A DNA stretch of 64,000 bases from the NCBI GenBank assembly GCA_963775535.1, contig CAVZJH010000053.1, positions 19,116 through 83,115 of the forward strand. The letters run 5' to 3'. The notes under the pieces are model-generated. The model made no database searches. It was not told the origin of the DNA and was given only the letters and a program-made list of their open reading frames with translations. Of this stretch, positions 1-10,746 are shown piece after piece. Positions within the stretch are counted from its first letter, which is position 1, and each line of letters starts with the position of its first letter. The DNA comes from an uncultured bacterium (GTDB taxonomy: Bacteria > Armatimonadota > UBA5829). A program made the translations under genes and the position numbers.

Positions 1-138
1 CGTCTACGCCAGACTAAACAGCAATTCGAAACACGCAATGTAATTTATCCGGCCACTACGAAAATACTTGGGACAAAGTTTCCCGTTAACGGGGTGGCAG
101 CTGAGGTAGACCGAAGCTGTCACCCTATTTCACATGTT
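1..138 (+). repeat. Copy 1 of a ~138-bp direct repeat (gene 3' end, UTR and terminator hairpin)
   Basis: Near-identical to 991-1128. It includes the stop (ccagactaa) and the gggtggcag...ctgtcaccc hairpin. Confidence 0.9.
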
Positions 139-301
139 CCGTAGCTCATCAGCCTTAGATTTCGAGACCTCATGCCGTAGGGGTGAGGCAGTGGTGCAGA
201 CCGAATAGGATTAGTAGTGAATGAAGACCGGAGATGATAAGTGGGGATAGCGGACCGGGTTGGTGCTAAAAGAGGTTCGCAAATGGGGGTGAGGTGAAAT
301 G

Positions 302-1007
302 ATGAGAACGTTAGGGTTAGTGCTTGTAATACTGTTTGTTGTTGCGGGAGCTGTCGCAGCACAGGGTAATGCTACGATCGATGTTTACGGGACCCTAACC
401 TCGTAGCCTGCCGCAGGTTCCACTCAATGCGGATCCGACATCGGTTTTCGCAGCCTGTCCGGATGGCGTGGATAACGGCAACCTTTGGAGAATGGATGCC
501 ACGGACCAAAGCCTAGTCGATTATGATTCAATGAACCCAGGGAGCTTCGGTGGCTGCGTTCTGGGAGACGCCTACGAGTTGTATGCCCATGCAACGCAGG
601 GCACCCTGGTCACCACGGTCAGCTATGCGGCTCTTGGCGACGGTGTGCCGAACAGCGGAGTTATGACTGATGCGTGGGTTGCTCTGCCTGGCAACCAATT
701 GGACCCTAAAGGTCTTGGTGGATGGCATTTGGTGGGACAGCCCTTTGCCCATAACACCTACATTGGCGATTTGGCCTTTACCGATGGTAACAACTACTAC
801 ACCTGGGCTCGGCCACCGGCGATGCCTCCGGAGGTCCCAGTACGCCTCGGGTTGACCCCAATATGTGGGGGTGGACTGTACCAACGGAAGATGTTTGACG
901 TGGGTATCGCAATGGACTTTGACGATCATCTTCGCGCCGGACAGGGCTATGAGTTCCACACAGACATAAACAATATCGCGATGATTATCCCGTCAACGCC
1001 AGACTAA
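302..1007 (+). CDS. Secreted hypothetical protein, frameshifted near 400-460
   Basis: RBS gaggtg, then signal peptide MRTLGLVLVILFVVAGAVAAQG at 302. It continues in ORF 468-1007. The 3' end is duplicated at the window start, implying a tandem paralog. Confidence 0.6.
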
Positions 1008-1128
1008 ACAGCACTTAGAAACACGCAATGTAATTTATCCGGCCACTACGAAAATACTTGGGACAAAGTTTCCCATTAACGGGGTGGCAGTCAGAGGGGG
1101 ACCGAGGCTGCCACCCTATTCACATGTT
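991..1128 (+). repeat. Copy 2 of the ~138-bp direct repeat with terminator hairpin
   Basis: Matches 1-138; hairpin gggtggcag...ctgccaccc. Confidence 0.9.
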
Positions 1129-1631
1129 GGGACGCTTCTGCGGGAGTGTTCGGTATTGCGGGCGCGTGCACCCCGCTAATCTTTAGTGCGAGCGAAGCGT
1201 GTGCATCGAAGGGCGGTTGGCATCGCACGGGCCTGCTCAGCGTAAACGCGATGTTTAGTTGAGCTGGAAATCGGGGAAATAACCCAGGGTTTATGCAGGT
1301 CGGGTGGAGTGAGTCCGGTCCCGCTTCGTTGGTCCTGAGTAGCCAGGCTTATCGAATGGCGGCCACACGGCGAACGCTTAGGCTTTGCGATGTCCGACCC
1401 GCAGTCTTTTACTTGTAATAAGTTCTGATTCGGGTCTTGCCAAATCGCCATTTGTGAGGTATATAGTGATATAGGAGTGGTTGTTCGTTGTGTTTGGGCG
1501 ACTGTGCAATATCGGTCGCCAGTGGTGGTATAATGGTAGTGGTAACTCAGCGATTATGAATGGTGGCATGAATACTCTCGGGCCAGCGATATCACTGTCG
1601 CCCCAGGGGTCTGACCGCGAAGGAGAGGGAA

Positions 1632-2226
1632 ATGAGAAGAGTCATATTAGCTTTCATTTTGGTAACTATGCTGGTAACAGCCTCGGCGTGCCTGGCAACT
1701 ACAGTCACACCCCTTGGAGTGCCGAACAGGGCAATTGGCGGTGGCGCATTGAACCGGTCACACGCTTGGCGTGCAAGGCGGTGTCGGTCTCAACAATATC
1801 GGTCTGCTGGTTGTGGCCTGGGGCCAGGTCACGTATGCTTACAACGACGGAACGACCATGTTTTTCTACATCGACGATGGGGCGCATCTCAGTGACGGAT
1901 CCACGCATCTGGTGGGCGGCAATGCAGTGAGTAACGTTGGGGTTAGAGTGAGTTACGATAATCTTGCGTCCGGTAACTCTATTACCGCGCCCGCCGTAAA
2001 CTCTTTTGTATCGGTCACGGGAATCTCCTGCACGGTCGCCGTCAACAGTAAGATTTGGCCAAATGTTCGGCCAGGCGGCAATCCGACGTGGTTACGATTA
2101 CACAGTAGTTCATTGCGATCCGGATCTTGCGGGTTAGTCTTCTGCAGCCGGGAAGCAATGACCGTGTATAATACTGGCGGGCTGCATCCCGGGACGACAG
2201 TGTCCCGAAGGGGTGCGAGAGTCTAA
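1632..2226 (+). CDS. Secreted protein with GLNNIGLLV-WG (OB-fold-like) domain, frameshifted; true 3' end uncertain
   Basis: Signal peptide MRRVILAFILVTMLVTASACLA (1632) joins ORF 1771 GLNNIGLLVVAWGQVT...FYIDDG. The same domain occurs in the 32319 and 33917 genes. Confidence 0.65.
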
Positions 2227-2319
2227 GCGCGGTTAACGCATTCGACCGTCCTGCGATGCGCTTCGCTACTCACGACTGGGGGGCTAATCCCATGGCTCTG
2301 AACTACCTGGGCAGGGGAC

Positions 2320-4822
2320 TTGGGGTATTATTGGATGGCGCATAGAAGAGGAATGCTGTTCATAGGCTGGTGCATTGTGCTGCTGGTTGCGGCCGTGTGC
2401 GCCTGCGCGCAGTCTCCCATATATAATCCCAGCTTCGAGGATGATCTGATGGGGTGGGGCACTTATTCGTATTCGCCACTCCCACAGGGAAGCCCAATGG
2501 AACCGTGGACGGGCTGCATCGGCACGGATACGGATGATGGCGACTTCGACCTGCTGATGCCGACACCACCTACCGCCCCGGACGGCGATTATGTGTGCGG
2601 CCTGCAGTCTCAGAATACGTCGAGTAACGGTGGCATATACCAAAACTTCAACTGGTTTGGCGGACCGGCAGTCATATCCGTTACGGCACGCGCATTCTCC
2701 GCTTCATTCCCCGGAAATGAACCCTGTAACAATGGCTGCCGCGTTCGGATGGCGCTTCTCAACACGGTATCCGGCGACCGGGACGATGTGCCCGCGGATG
2801 GCTGGGTCGAGTTTCCCTGGGGCGACTTTTGGTCCGTAAAGACCCTGAGCGTGCCGGGTCCTGGTGTGTACACCCTCTTCATCGAAGCCTATCAGCCGTA
2901 TGCCTACGGAACCACCAGCACCCTTTGGGATAACGTCGTATTCACCCCATTGGCGCCGTCCAATATAATCAGCGGTCCGAGCGTTACTATCCCTGGAGAT
3001 CCCACGAGACCGGATAAGACGGCGCTGATTTCGTGGACAACGGACCAGCCCACAACTTCGTGGGTGGACTATGGCTCAACTACCAGCTATGGCCGCGTGG
3101 CCCAATGCGCCGATCTTGTTACCCAGCACGCCGTGATGTTGTCCAGCCTGACAAATTCCAGCAGCTATCACTTCCAGGTATCGAGCACTTCGCCGACGTG
3201 TACACCCTGCACTTCTGCTGATTCTACTTTCACCACACCTATCCAAATATCGAATATCAGCTCCTCTTACATCGTCAATGGCACAGATGTGATCGTTAAC
3301 TGGACGACAGATATACCGACGACCTCCCAGATCGAGTATGGGACTACCACAGCCTACGGCAGCGCAACCAGCCCATCTCCGAACCTCTCGCAGGACCACC
3401 AACTGACACTGACAGGCCTTGCCGAGGATACGACCTACCATTTTCGGATTTGGGCTACGAATCTGCCTTATTACACGGTTGTCGCGTCCGAGGATCAGGT
3501 GTTCGATACTCTGCCGAACGTTTCGCAGACCTTGCAGAATGGCGGCTTTGAGTCATCTCACAATGGAGTCTCGCCAAGCCTGTATCCGTGGGTCCAGTAC
3601 ACGACGGTTATTCCGGGCCTCGCCGCAAATCCCATTGATGGGATTGTGGGACCGTTTCCGGCGGGCGGCCAATCGTTCTGGCCTCCGTTCGACTCTTATT
3701 ACGGCAGTCCCGAGATCACGGCTTTCGATGGTTCATACTTCCTTGGGGCCGCAGCCAACGGCAGTTATGAGAACGGCGGTGTGTTCCAGAGAATCCAGGC
3801 GACGCCCGGACAGACTTGCACACTGGTTGCTCACTTTGCGACCTGTCGATCTCTGAATATCATGGGTACCGACAACATGGCGATGCTTGGAATCGACCCT
3901 AACGGCGGTGCGGACCCGCAGAGCCCCGATGTTCAGTGGAACAGCGTGTATTCCGCCACAAATGACAATCAGTGGCAGAGCGCCACCATTAGCGCCACAG
4001 CCGGCAATAATGGATCGATCACCGTGTTTCTGGGCGTCTTCCAGCAGTGGTCCGCGTGGCACGTGGTTGCTATCGACGGAGTCAGTCTTGGCGCTCCTGT
4101 GCCGATGTCTGTCGGACAGTTGAAGCAATCGTCCAGCGGCGGCGCTGCGATTCTCCAGAACAAGGTGGTCACCTACGTCGACGACAATTTTGTCTATTAC
4201 GGCGGCAATACCTACGTAAAGGCCTACGTGGAGGATGACAATGCGTACGGCGGGCGTAGCCGTGCTGATTGACGCGATGTCAGACGCATACCCCGATCCC
4301 GGGAATCGTGTAACCGTTACCGGGGCTCCCGTGCTGATAGGTATGGAAGGGATGGTGGTCGCCAGCGACTGGACACTGGATCCCTGGTTCTACGACCTTC
4401 CGAATCCGGTTGCATTGTGCAACAAGGCCGTGGGCGGTTCTACCCCGATGCAGCCCCCGCTCTCCGACAGGGGGGGGCTGTGCACCGTCGGCTCGCGGAT
4501 ACGGTTGTTTGGCAAGGTTACCTGGGTAGACAATCCGAACTGGCCGGGTCAGGACGCCGTTGCCTACATTGACGATGGTTCGGGGCTTCTGGATCACCAG
4601 CCTCAGGCAGGAGAGCAGCCCATTTACGGCATTAGAGTGCAGTTGACCGGCAATCCGAGCTACGGGGTTGACGTGGGTGATTACATTGCAGCGACGGGTG
4701 TATTGGGCATTGTTTATGTCGACCCTGACAATGAGCCGCAGTACCCAAACGGCAACGAGTACCACGCCTACACACTTCAAACCGGAGACCCATCGGACTG
4801 GGAAGTCTACGATTCGCAGTGA
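2320..4822 (+). CDS. Large secreted protein: carbohydrate-binding-like domains, two FN3/purple-acid-phosphatase-N repeats and a C-terminal OB-like domain; frameshift ~4250
   Basis: Signal peptide; NPSFE and NGGFE motifs; WTTD.PTTS..YG.TT.YG repeats. ORF 4235-4822 continues with GLCTVGSRIRLFGKVT...YIDDGSG. Confidence 0.75.
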
Positions 4823-4998
4823 AATCGGTGTTACCACCCCGCCCCTCCTTCGTCGTGCCACTCAGGAGACGAACGGGGCTAAACCAATCCCAACCACTAA
4901 GCCAATGACCGCAGCGGCGGCCAATGCAAAAAACAGCTCCAAACGGCCTCGCCGTCCGGAGCTGTTTACTTATTTCGTTTACTGGTCGGCGTATACGC

Positions 4999-6345
4999 CT
5001 ACTTTTTTGCTTTAGCCGTCTTCTGCAGCTTGTCCAGTACACTCTGGGGAAGAAGCCCCATTTTTACTTTCAGCACTTCCACACCCTTCGCGAGCTGCAC
5101 GTCGGTTTTAGGGTCGTTGGGGTCGAAGTTGTCTGCGGCCTGGACGTATACATCGGGAGCAATGCCCTTTTTGTGTATGTCGATGCCGTTCGGAGTGAGA
5201 TACTTTGCCGTGGTGATCGCAACCGCCGACCCGTCTTCCATTGGCATAATGGTCTGAACTCGTCCCTTGCCGAATGTAGTTGTTCCAACCAGCGTTCCGG
5301 CCCCATCGTCTTTGATCGCGCCGGAGACTATCTCCGATGCGCTGGCGCTCCACTCGTCCACAAGCACCACCAGCGGGTAACGCTTGTGATTGTGCCTGTC
5401 TTCTTCCACATAGAGCGGGTCCTTCTGTCCACCGCGCTCCTGTATGATCACTACCGGGCCGCTCTCGATAAAGCGGCTTCCGATGTCTACAGCGATGTTC
5501 AGCAGCCCGCCCGGGTTGCCTCTGAGGTCGAATATCAGGCCCTTCATGTGTCCCTTGTCCAGATCGGTCAGGGCCTGGTTAAACTGGGTGTCGCTTTGCT
5601 CGTTGAACTGGTACAGCCGCACGTAGCCTATCTTGGCCTTGTCATCGAGCATTCTGGACTCGACCATTTCAAAGTTGACTATCTTGCGCGTGATCATAAT
5701 CGTGAGCAGTTTAGCCTGGGAAGGACGCCGAAGAGTCAGCTTGACCTTGGTGCCCTCTTTGCCTCGAATCAACTTCACGACGTCGTTTATGTCCATTCCC
5801 TTGATCTTCTTGCCGTCAACGGCAATTATCACGTCGTTGCTCTTGACACCTGCCCGAAACGCCGGTGATTTCTTGAGCGGCTCCTTGATATAAACCTCGT
5901 CGTTCTTGTTGGTATCGAGCCGGGCTCCTATGCCGGTGAAGTTGCCCTCGTTCTCTTCTCGCATCTTAGTGTAGTCGTCCGGGTCCATAAAGCGGGTGAA
6001 CGGGTCTCCAAGAGCGAGAAGCATACCCCGGATCGCATTATAGGTCAGATCTTGTTCATTGAGCTTCTTGACTCGCTGGTCCGGATTCTTGCAGTAGTAA
6101 TCTTCTTTCAGTTGCTCGATGACGGAAGAGTAAGTGCCGATGAGCGGCAGTATCCTGCTTTCGCTCTTGTCTTCCTGGGAATTACTGATGTTTTCCAGAC
6201 GCTGCGGAAGCAGTTGGAGGCTGGCTACCCAACTCTTCACGTTTCCGCCGCTTGCCCGGACATCCGGGGCGACGAATCCTACCACGAACGCCGCAAACAG
6301 CAGAAACAGTATGGGAATTATAGCTTCGATTCGTATTTTTCTCAT
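4999..6345 (-). CDS. ctpA: S41 family carboxyl-terminal processing protease with PDZ domain
   Basis: GIGA PDZ loop, DLRGNPGG, catalytic SASASE and TFGKG. Confidence 0.95.
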   Translation of the reverse strand: MRKIRIEAIIPILFLLFAAFVVGFVAPDVRASGGNVKSWVASLQLLPQRLENISNSQEDKSESRILPLIGTYSSVIEQLKEDYYCKNPDQRVKKLNEQDLTYNAIRGMLLALGDPFTRFMDPDDYTKMREENEGNFTGIGARLDTNKNDEVYIKEPLKKSPAFRAGVKSNDVIIAVDGKKIKGMDINDVVKLIRGKEGTKVKLTLRRPSQAKLLTIMITRKIVNFEMVESRMLDDKAKIGYVRLYQFNEQSDTQFNQALTDLDKGHMKGLIFDLRGNPGGLLNIAVDIGSRFIESGPVVIIQERGGQKDPLYVEEDRHNHKRYPLVVLVDEWSASASEIVSGAIKDDGAGTLVGTTTFGKGRVQTIMPMEDGSAVAITTAKYLTPNGIDIHKKGIAPDVYVQAADNFDPNDPKTDVQLAKGVEVLKVKMGLLPQSVLDKLQKTAKAKK

Positions 6346-6349
6346 TGGA

Positions 6350-7694
6350 TTAGCTCTTGCCTCCCTGAGTGCTCAACAGTCTGGTGGCGGCGCTCAACTG
6401 GGGGTCTCCCGTGGAAGCAGATGCCGCCTGCAGGTCTACTCGGAGCCCCTTGCCGCTGTAATCCTTTCCGCTGCTGGTCAGGAATGCGCCCGTTGTCATC
6501 ATAACCGCGGAACCATCATCCAGTTGGGTCAAGGTGGCGTATGAGGCGTCACCGTATGTCCTTTCGCCAACGAGTTTCGCTGAGCATTCTTCCTGGAGGG
6601 CCGAGGCCAGAAGCTCCGGCATGCGTGCGGTTCCGGCATTTACGAATACGGCCATCGGCTTTTGCCACGCGTCCTGGGTGGATGGAATCTTAATAACGGA
6701 CTTGCGCCCGTGGGATTGCAGTTCCGTGCCCAACGTTTTGCCGGGCGCGACATACTTTGCAACCTGCAGCACCTGGTCTACCTCGCCACCTGCAAGGTTG
6801 CGCATATCCAGGACAAGTCCATTCGCGCCTGCCGATGCCATGTCCTTCAGCGCCTTTGCGAACTCCTCCGCAGTGCCGGACGAGAAGCAGTTGATCCTGA
6901 CGTAGCCCAGCTTCGAGTCCGCATCGAACTGGCTGGTAACAGGCTTCACGGTAAACTCATGAGGAGTAACCTTGATCGTGAGCGGCCTCGCGGAGCCTTT
7001 GCGCGATATCGAGAGCTCAACTTCTTTTTTGTCATCGCTAATCAGCGTGTTCTCCGCGTCCAATATAGGGACGCCGGTCTTGATCCTTTGCTGCTCTACC
7101 TTGAGCTGCTTGCGGAGTTCGCCGGAATCCTTTGTCTTATCTTTGAGGAGAAGCATGGCGTTTCTCCGTAGGTCAAACGGAAGCACGGCCTTGCCATCGA
7201 TTGCAACGATGTCATCGCCTGCCTTCAGTCCCGCCTCGGCCGCCGGTCCGGACTGGACCGGTGTAATAACTATCAGGTGTTCCTGGGTCAGGGTTCCGCT
7301 TTTGATTCGGTTGACCCCAAGGATCGCCCCGATGCCGTGATACTTGCCCGCCAGAGCATCGACCACCAACTGCCGTTGCGCCGGCTCAAGAAAACGGGTA
7401 TTCGGGTCGTCAATCCCGGCAAGCATCGCCTTCATTGCATCGTAGGTCATGTCACCCTCTATTTTGGGTGTCAACTGCTCGACGTAATGCCTCTTCTAAG
7501 TCCTTGGCGATTTCGTACAAAGTTCCTATCGGCTTGAAATCAATGTTGCCTGCGCCTTCAAGCCCAACGGACGCAACTCGAGTTCCCTGCACGTACTCCG
7601 ATGTCCCGAGTTGGGCCCTGGCGAGGCGTTCCTCTCGATTTGCGACCTGCAGCCTCATCGCAAAGCCAGTTGCGAAGCACAGTCCCACAAGCAA
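6350..7694 (-). CDS. Second S41/PDZ protein, probably catalytically inactive; frameshift ~7480
   Basis: GIGA and DMRNLAGG are present, but SASASE is replaced by TARMPE and FGKG by YGDA. The N-terminus lies in ORF 7452-7694. Confidence 0.8.
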
Positions 7695-8256
7695 ACCGAT
7701 CCCGATCCTACGAATAGTTTAAATTTATTACCTCATAACAAAATAGCCGGGCTTTGCAGCCTCGGCGCAACCCTGCATCCCCATCAGCGGGCAATACCGT
7801 CGTCGTACTCGTTCCAAATAAGCCACGCTCATACAAAATTATACCACACCGCAGTTGGGTGTCAATTTGGCCCCTGCCGAATCGGGCGCCCGAGAGGATG
7901 TCAAATAATATGACGATCTTTTGGCGCGAAAGGTTCAGCCGTTCAGTAAGTCGTCGCGCAGTTACATACCTTCCCGGCCAAATAACGAAGCTCCCCGGGT
8001 ATCGTTGTACCCGGAGTCGGCAGAGGTCAAGCCACTTTTGGAATCAATCGCGTGCTTATTTCGTCGATGGGCTCGCCGGCTGATTGGGACCGGCGGGATC
8101 TATAAGAAAAGCTGGAACCCCAAAAGTCCTTCTGTGAACGCATTGAGAATGCAAATGCCCGCGATGGGTATAGGTTCTATGGCCGAACTTCGGCAGGTCC
8201 CTCTGCCGGCAGTCGAGTCAACGTTGCCTAGAGCGAATTACAATAGGAGGAACCTA

Positions 8257-9057
8257 ATGAGCAGGAGAATCCTTCGATGCTTTCTTCCAATGCTGATCCT
8301 GGCCCTGATTGCTGCGTTTCCGGCGGCGCCCGCCGTTAGGAGTAAGAGCCGTACCAGTGCTCCGGCGCCCGCAATCGACCCCAGGGCGGATCAGATGCTG
8401 CGCCAGATGAGCGATTACCTGAGAGGACTGAACATGCTGACGGTCCACGCGGACACCACGCTTCAGATGCTGACTCCCTCCGGGATGATACTTAACGCCG
8501 ACCGGGAACTGGATGTTTACGTGCAGCGCCCGGACCATCTCCGGGTCAATTCTTATGTTCCCGACCACGACCGGCAGATTTTCTATGACGGCCAGAGCAT
8601 AACCATCTTCTCACCGGTGCAGAACTTCTACGCCGTCTTGCCCGCGCCGCCGACCATCCAGCAAACCATCGATGCCGCCAGAAAGCGTGGCGTCGACCTG
8701 CCGCTTGGCGATCTCCTGTATGACAACCCATACAATTCCGTCATTAAGCGCGCCCTGCACGGCTATTACATCGGGCTTAGCCTGGTTAGTGGAGTTAAAT
8801 GCCATCAACTGGCGTTTCGGGGCAAGGATATGGATTGGCAGATATGGATCGAGGACAGTGCCACTCCCCTGCCAAGAAGGGTTGTCATAACCGACAGGCT
8901 GGTGAAGCCGTGGCTGAGCTATATGGCTACGCTGACGAAGTGGGACGTCTCTCCGACGTTTGGTCCGGACACGTTCACGTTCGTTCCACCGCCCGGGGCC
9001 ACTAAGATTCCGTTTGAACCTGCTATGGTCCCGGGGGTTCAGAAGAAGCACAAGTAA
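8257..9057 (+). CDS. Periplasmic DUF2092-like (LolA-fold) protein
   Basis: RBS aggagg, signal peptide, V.RPDHLRV, YDG..ITIF, CHQLAFR, DWQIWI, PLPRRVVIT. Confidence 0.8.
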   Translation: MSRRILRCFLPMLILALIAAFPAAPAVRSKSRTSAPAPAIDPRADQMLRQMSDYLRGLNMLTVHADTTLQMLTPSGMILNADRELDVYVQRPDHLRVNSYVPDHDRQIFYDGQSITIFSPVQNFYAVLPAPPTIQQTIDAARKRGVDLPLGDLLYDNPYNSVIKRALHGYYIGLSLVSGVKCHQLAFRGKDMDWQIWIEDSATPLPRRVVITDRLVKPWLSYMATLTKWDVSPTFGPDTFTFVPPPGATKIPFEPAMVPGVQKKHK

Positions 9058-9077
9058 ACTGGGAGGACACACACGAC

Positions 9078-9797
9078 ATGCATAGAGTATGCTTTACATA
9101 TATTCGTAGATCGTCCGTCCTGGCATTGGCGGCAGCCGTTGTCATGGCATTTGCGATTGTGCCCGCACTCGCAAGAGGCGGCGGAGGCGGAGGCTTCCGA
9201 GGCGGTGGAGGTGGTGGCGGCTTCCGAGGCGGCGGCGGAGGGTCCCGCGCTGGTGGTTTTGGCGGCGGAAGCACGTCAAGGCCTTCTTCCGGAACGCGCC
9301 CGAGTGGCGGATACCAGTCCGGCCAGCGACCATCCCAGGGAAGCTATCAGCAGCATCCACAAGGAACAAACCAGGGAAGCTATCAGCATCCCCAGGGGAC
9401 CTACGGTCAGGGGCCATACGCGGGGAACAGACCAGCCCAGGGAGCTTACCCTGGAAACCATCCTAACTACCCTAACGGATATGCCCCCCGGACGAATATC
9501 AACACCGGTAACATAAACACCGGCACGGTTAATGTCTCGGGAAGCGATTGGGGATGGGGTGACGGCGGCGCGTGGGGCGCTGCGGCTGTAGGCGCGGCAA
9601 CCGGCGCCGCGGTTGGCGCTGCAGTGAGCGGAGGCGGTTCTTCCTACGCGTCAGCGCCGCCAGTGGTATATTCCCTGCCGCCAAGCTGCACGCCGGTGGT
9701 TGTGAATGGTCAAACCTATCAAAACTGCGGAGGGACCTACTATCAGCCCACCTATCAGGGTTCGACGGTGGCTTACCAGTCAGTTCCGGGACCGTAG
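9078..9797 (+). CDS. Gly/Gln-rich secreted or membrane protein
   Basis: Signal peptide, GGGGFRGG repeats, C-terminal LPPSC..VVVNGQTYQNCGGTYYQP. Confidence 0.75.
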   Translation: MHRVCFTYIRRSSVLALAAAVVMAFAIVPALARGGGGGGFRGGGGGGGFRGGGGGSRAGGFGGGSTSRPSSGTRPSGGYQSGQRPSQGSYQQHPQGTNQGSYQHPQGTYGQGPYAGNRPAQGAYPGNHPNYPNGYAPRTNINTGNINTGTVNVSGSDWGWGDGGAWGAAAVGAATGAAVGAAVSGGGSSYASAPPVVYSLPPSCTPVVVNGQTYQNCGGTYYQPTYQGSTVAYQSVPGP

Positions 9798-9966
9798 TTT
9801 ATGCGTTCGATGGTCGGAGGCTGAAATGCCTCCGACCTAAATCAATCGGGCCTGCGGTGTCCGCCTTGTGTTCGGGCAGATTTGCAATCTAGCCCGTAAA
9901 GGCAATCTGGGGATTTGTAATCCCCTATTGTAGCTTGGGCTGGACGCAGCCGAAGCAATTAAGCAA

Positions 9967-10179
9967 TCATTTTCCCCTGACTTCTTCAATGTAATCATCC
10001 ACGCTGCCCGCTACCCGCAGATGGGCTATGCCGCGCGCCTTCGATATTTGGCCGGCTCGCCTTACGAGGCGAATGCCGGCCCCGTCGTCAATGAAGTCTA
10101 CCTCGGTGCCTTTGATCAGGCCGTACGTGTCGCGCAGGTTTTTGGGAACGGTAACTTGGCCGCGTTTGTTGATCTTCAT
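9967..10179 (-). CDS. AbrB/MazE/SpoVT family DNA-binding protein
   Basis: MKINKRGQVTVPKNLRDTYGL..GTEVDF. Confidence 0.9.
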   Translation of the reverse strand: MKINKRGQVTVPKNLRDTYGLIKGTEVDFIDDGAGIRLVRRAGQISKARGIAHLRVAGSVDDYIEEVRGK

Positions 10180-10416
10180 AAGGAATGCCTCCGATGCCTG
10201 CCGCTGTCAATATACCGCGAGTAGAGGCCGCGAAACATGACGTCGAGAGTTTGGGTTTGGTTTTCGGTGGCATCGGGCTGCACGCCACAACAAGTGCATG
10301 CGCAGAAAATAAGGGGCGTGTATTTGTATGATTTCTTGATTTCCGCCTATGTTGTTGCAAAGGCAATATGTCCTCTTAACTGCAAAGGGAAAATGTCCTC
10401 TTAGTGTATCGTAACG

Positions 10417-10734
10417 TTACGTTATTCCGGCTTTTGTCGGGCGAGTTTGGAGTGGAATATCCTCCAAGCTCGCCAGAGCATCGTGCGCTGATTCGAGCAT
10501 CTCTAATAGAGACTCTCCCACCTGCGATTCCTGCCAAGTGTCCGTGCGCTGGTCGAAATAATCCTGCATTTCGGTGGTGGCACCCTCCAGCAGAGCCGAT
10601 GCCGCCTTAATCATGGCTTTCCACCTGCGCAGTCCCGGCACTGATGGGATTGACCCGAATGTCGCCTGAGCGCATCTACCACGATAAGCGGCTTGCCGCT
10701 CGCCATTGGTTTGATACTTCCTCCTCCTTGGCAT
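10417..10734 (-). CDS. Small passenger protein inside the IS
   Basis: RBS aaggag just after the transposase stop; MPRRRKYQTNGERQAAYRGR. Confidence 0.65.
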   Translation of the reverse strand: MPRRRKYQTNGERQAAYRGRCAQATFGSIPSVPGLRRWKAMIKAASALLEGATTEMQDYFDQRTDTWQESQVGESLLEMLESAHDALASLEDIPLQTRPTKAGIT

Positions 10735-10746
10735 GAGCCGCTCCTT

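Noticed and set aside
9800-9966. Toxin partner for the AbrB gene
   Set aside because: No PIN or MazF-like ORF fits in the gap.
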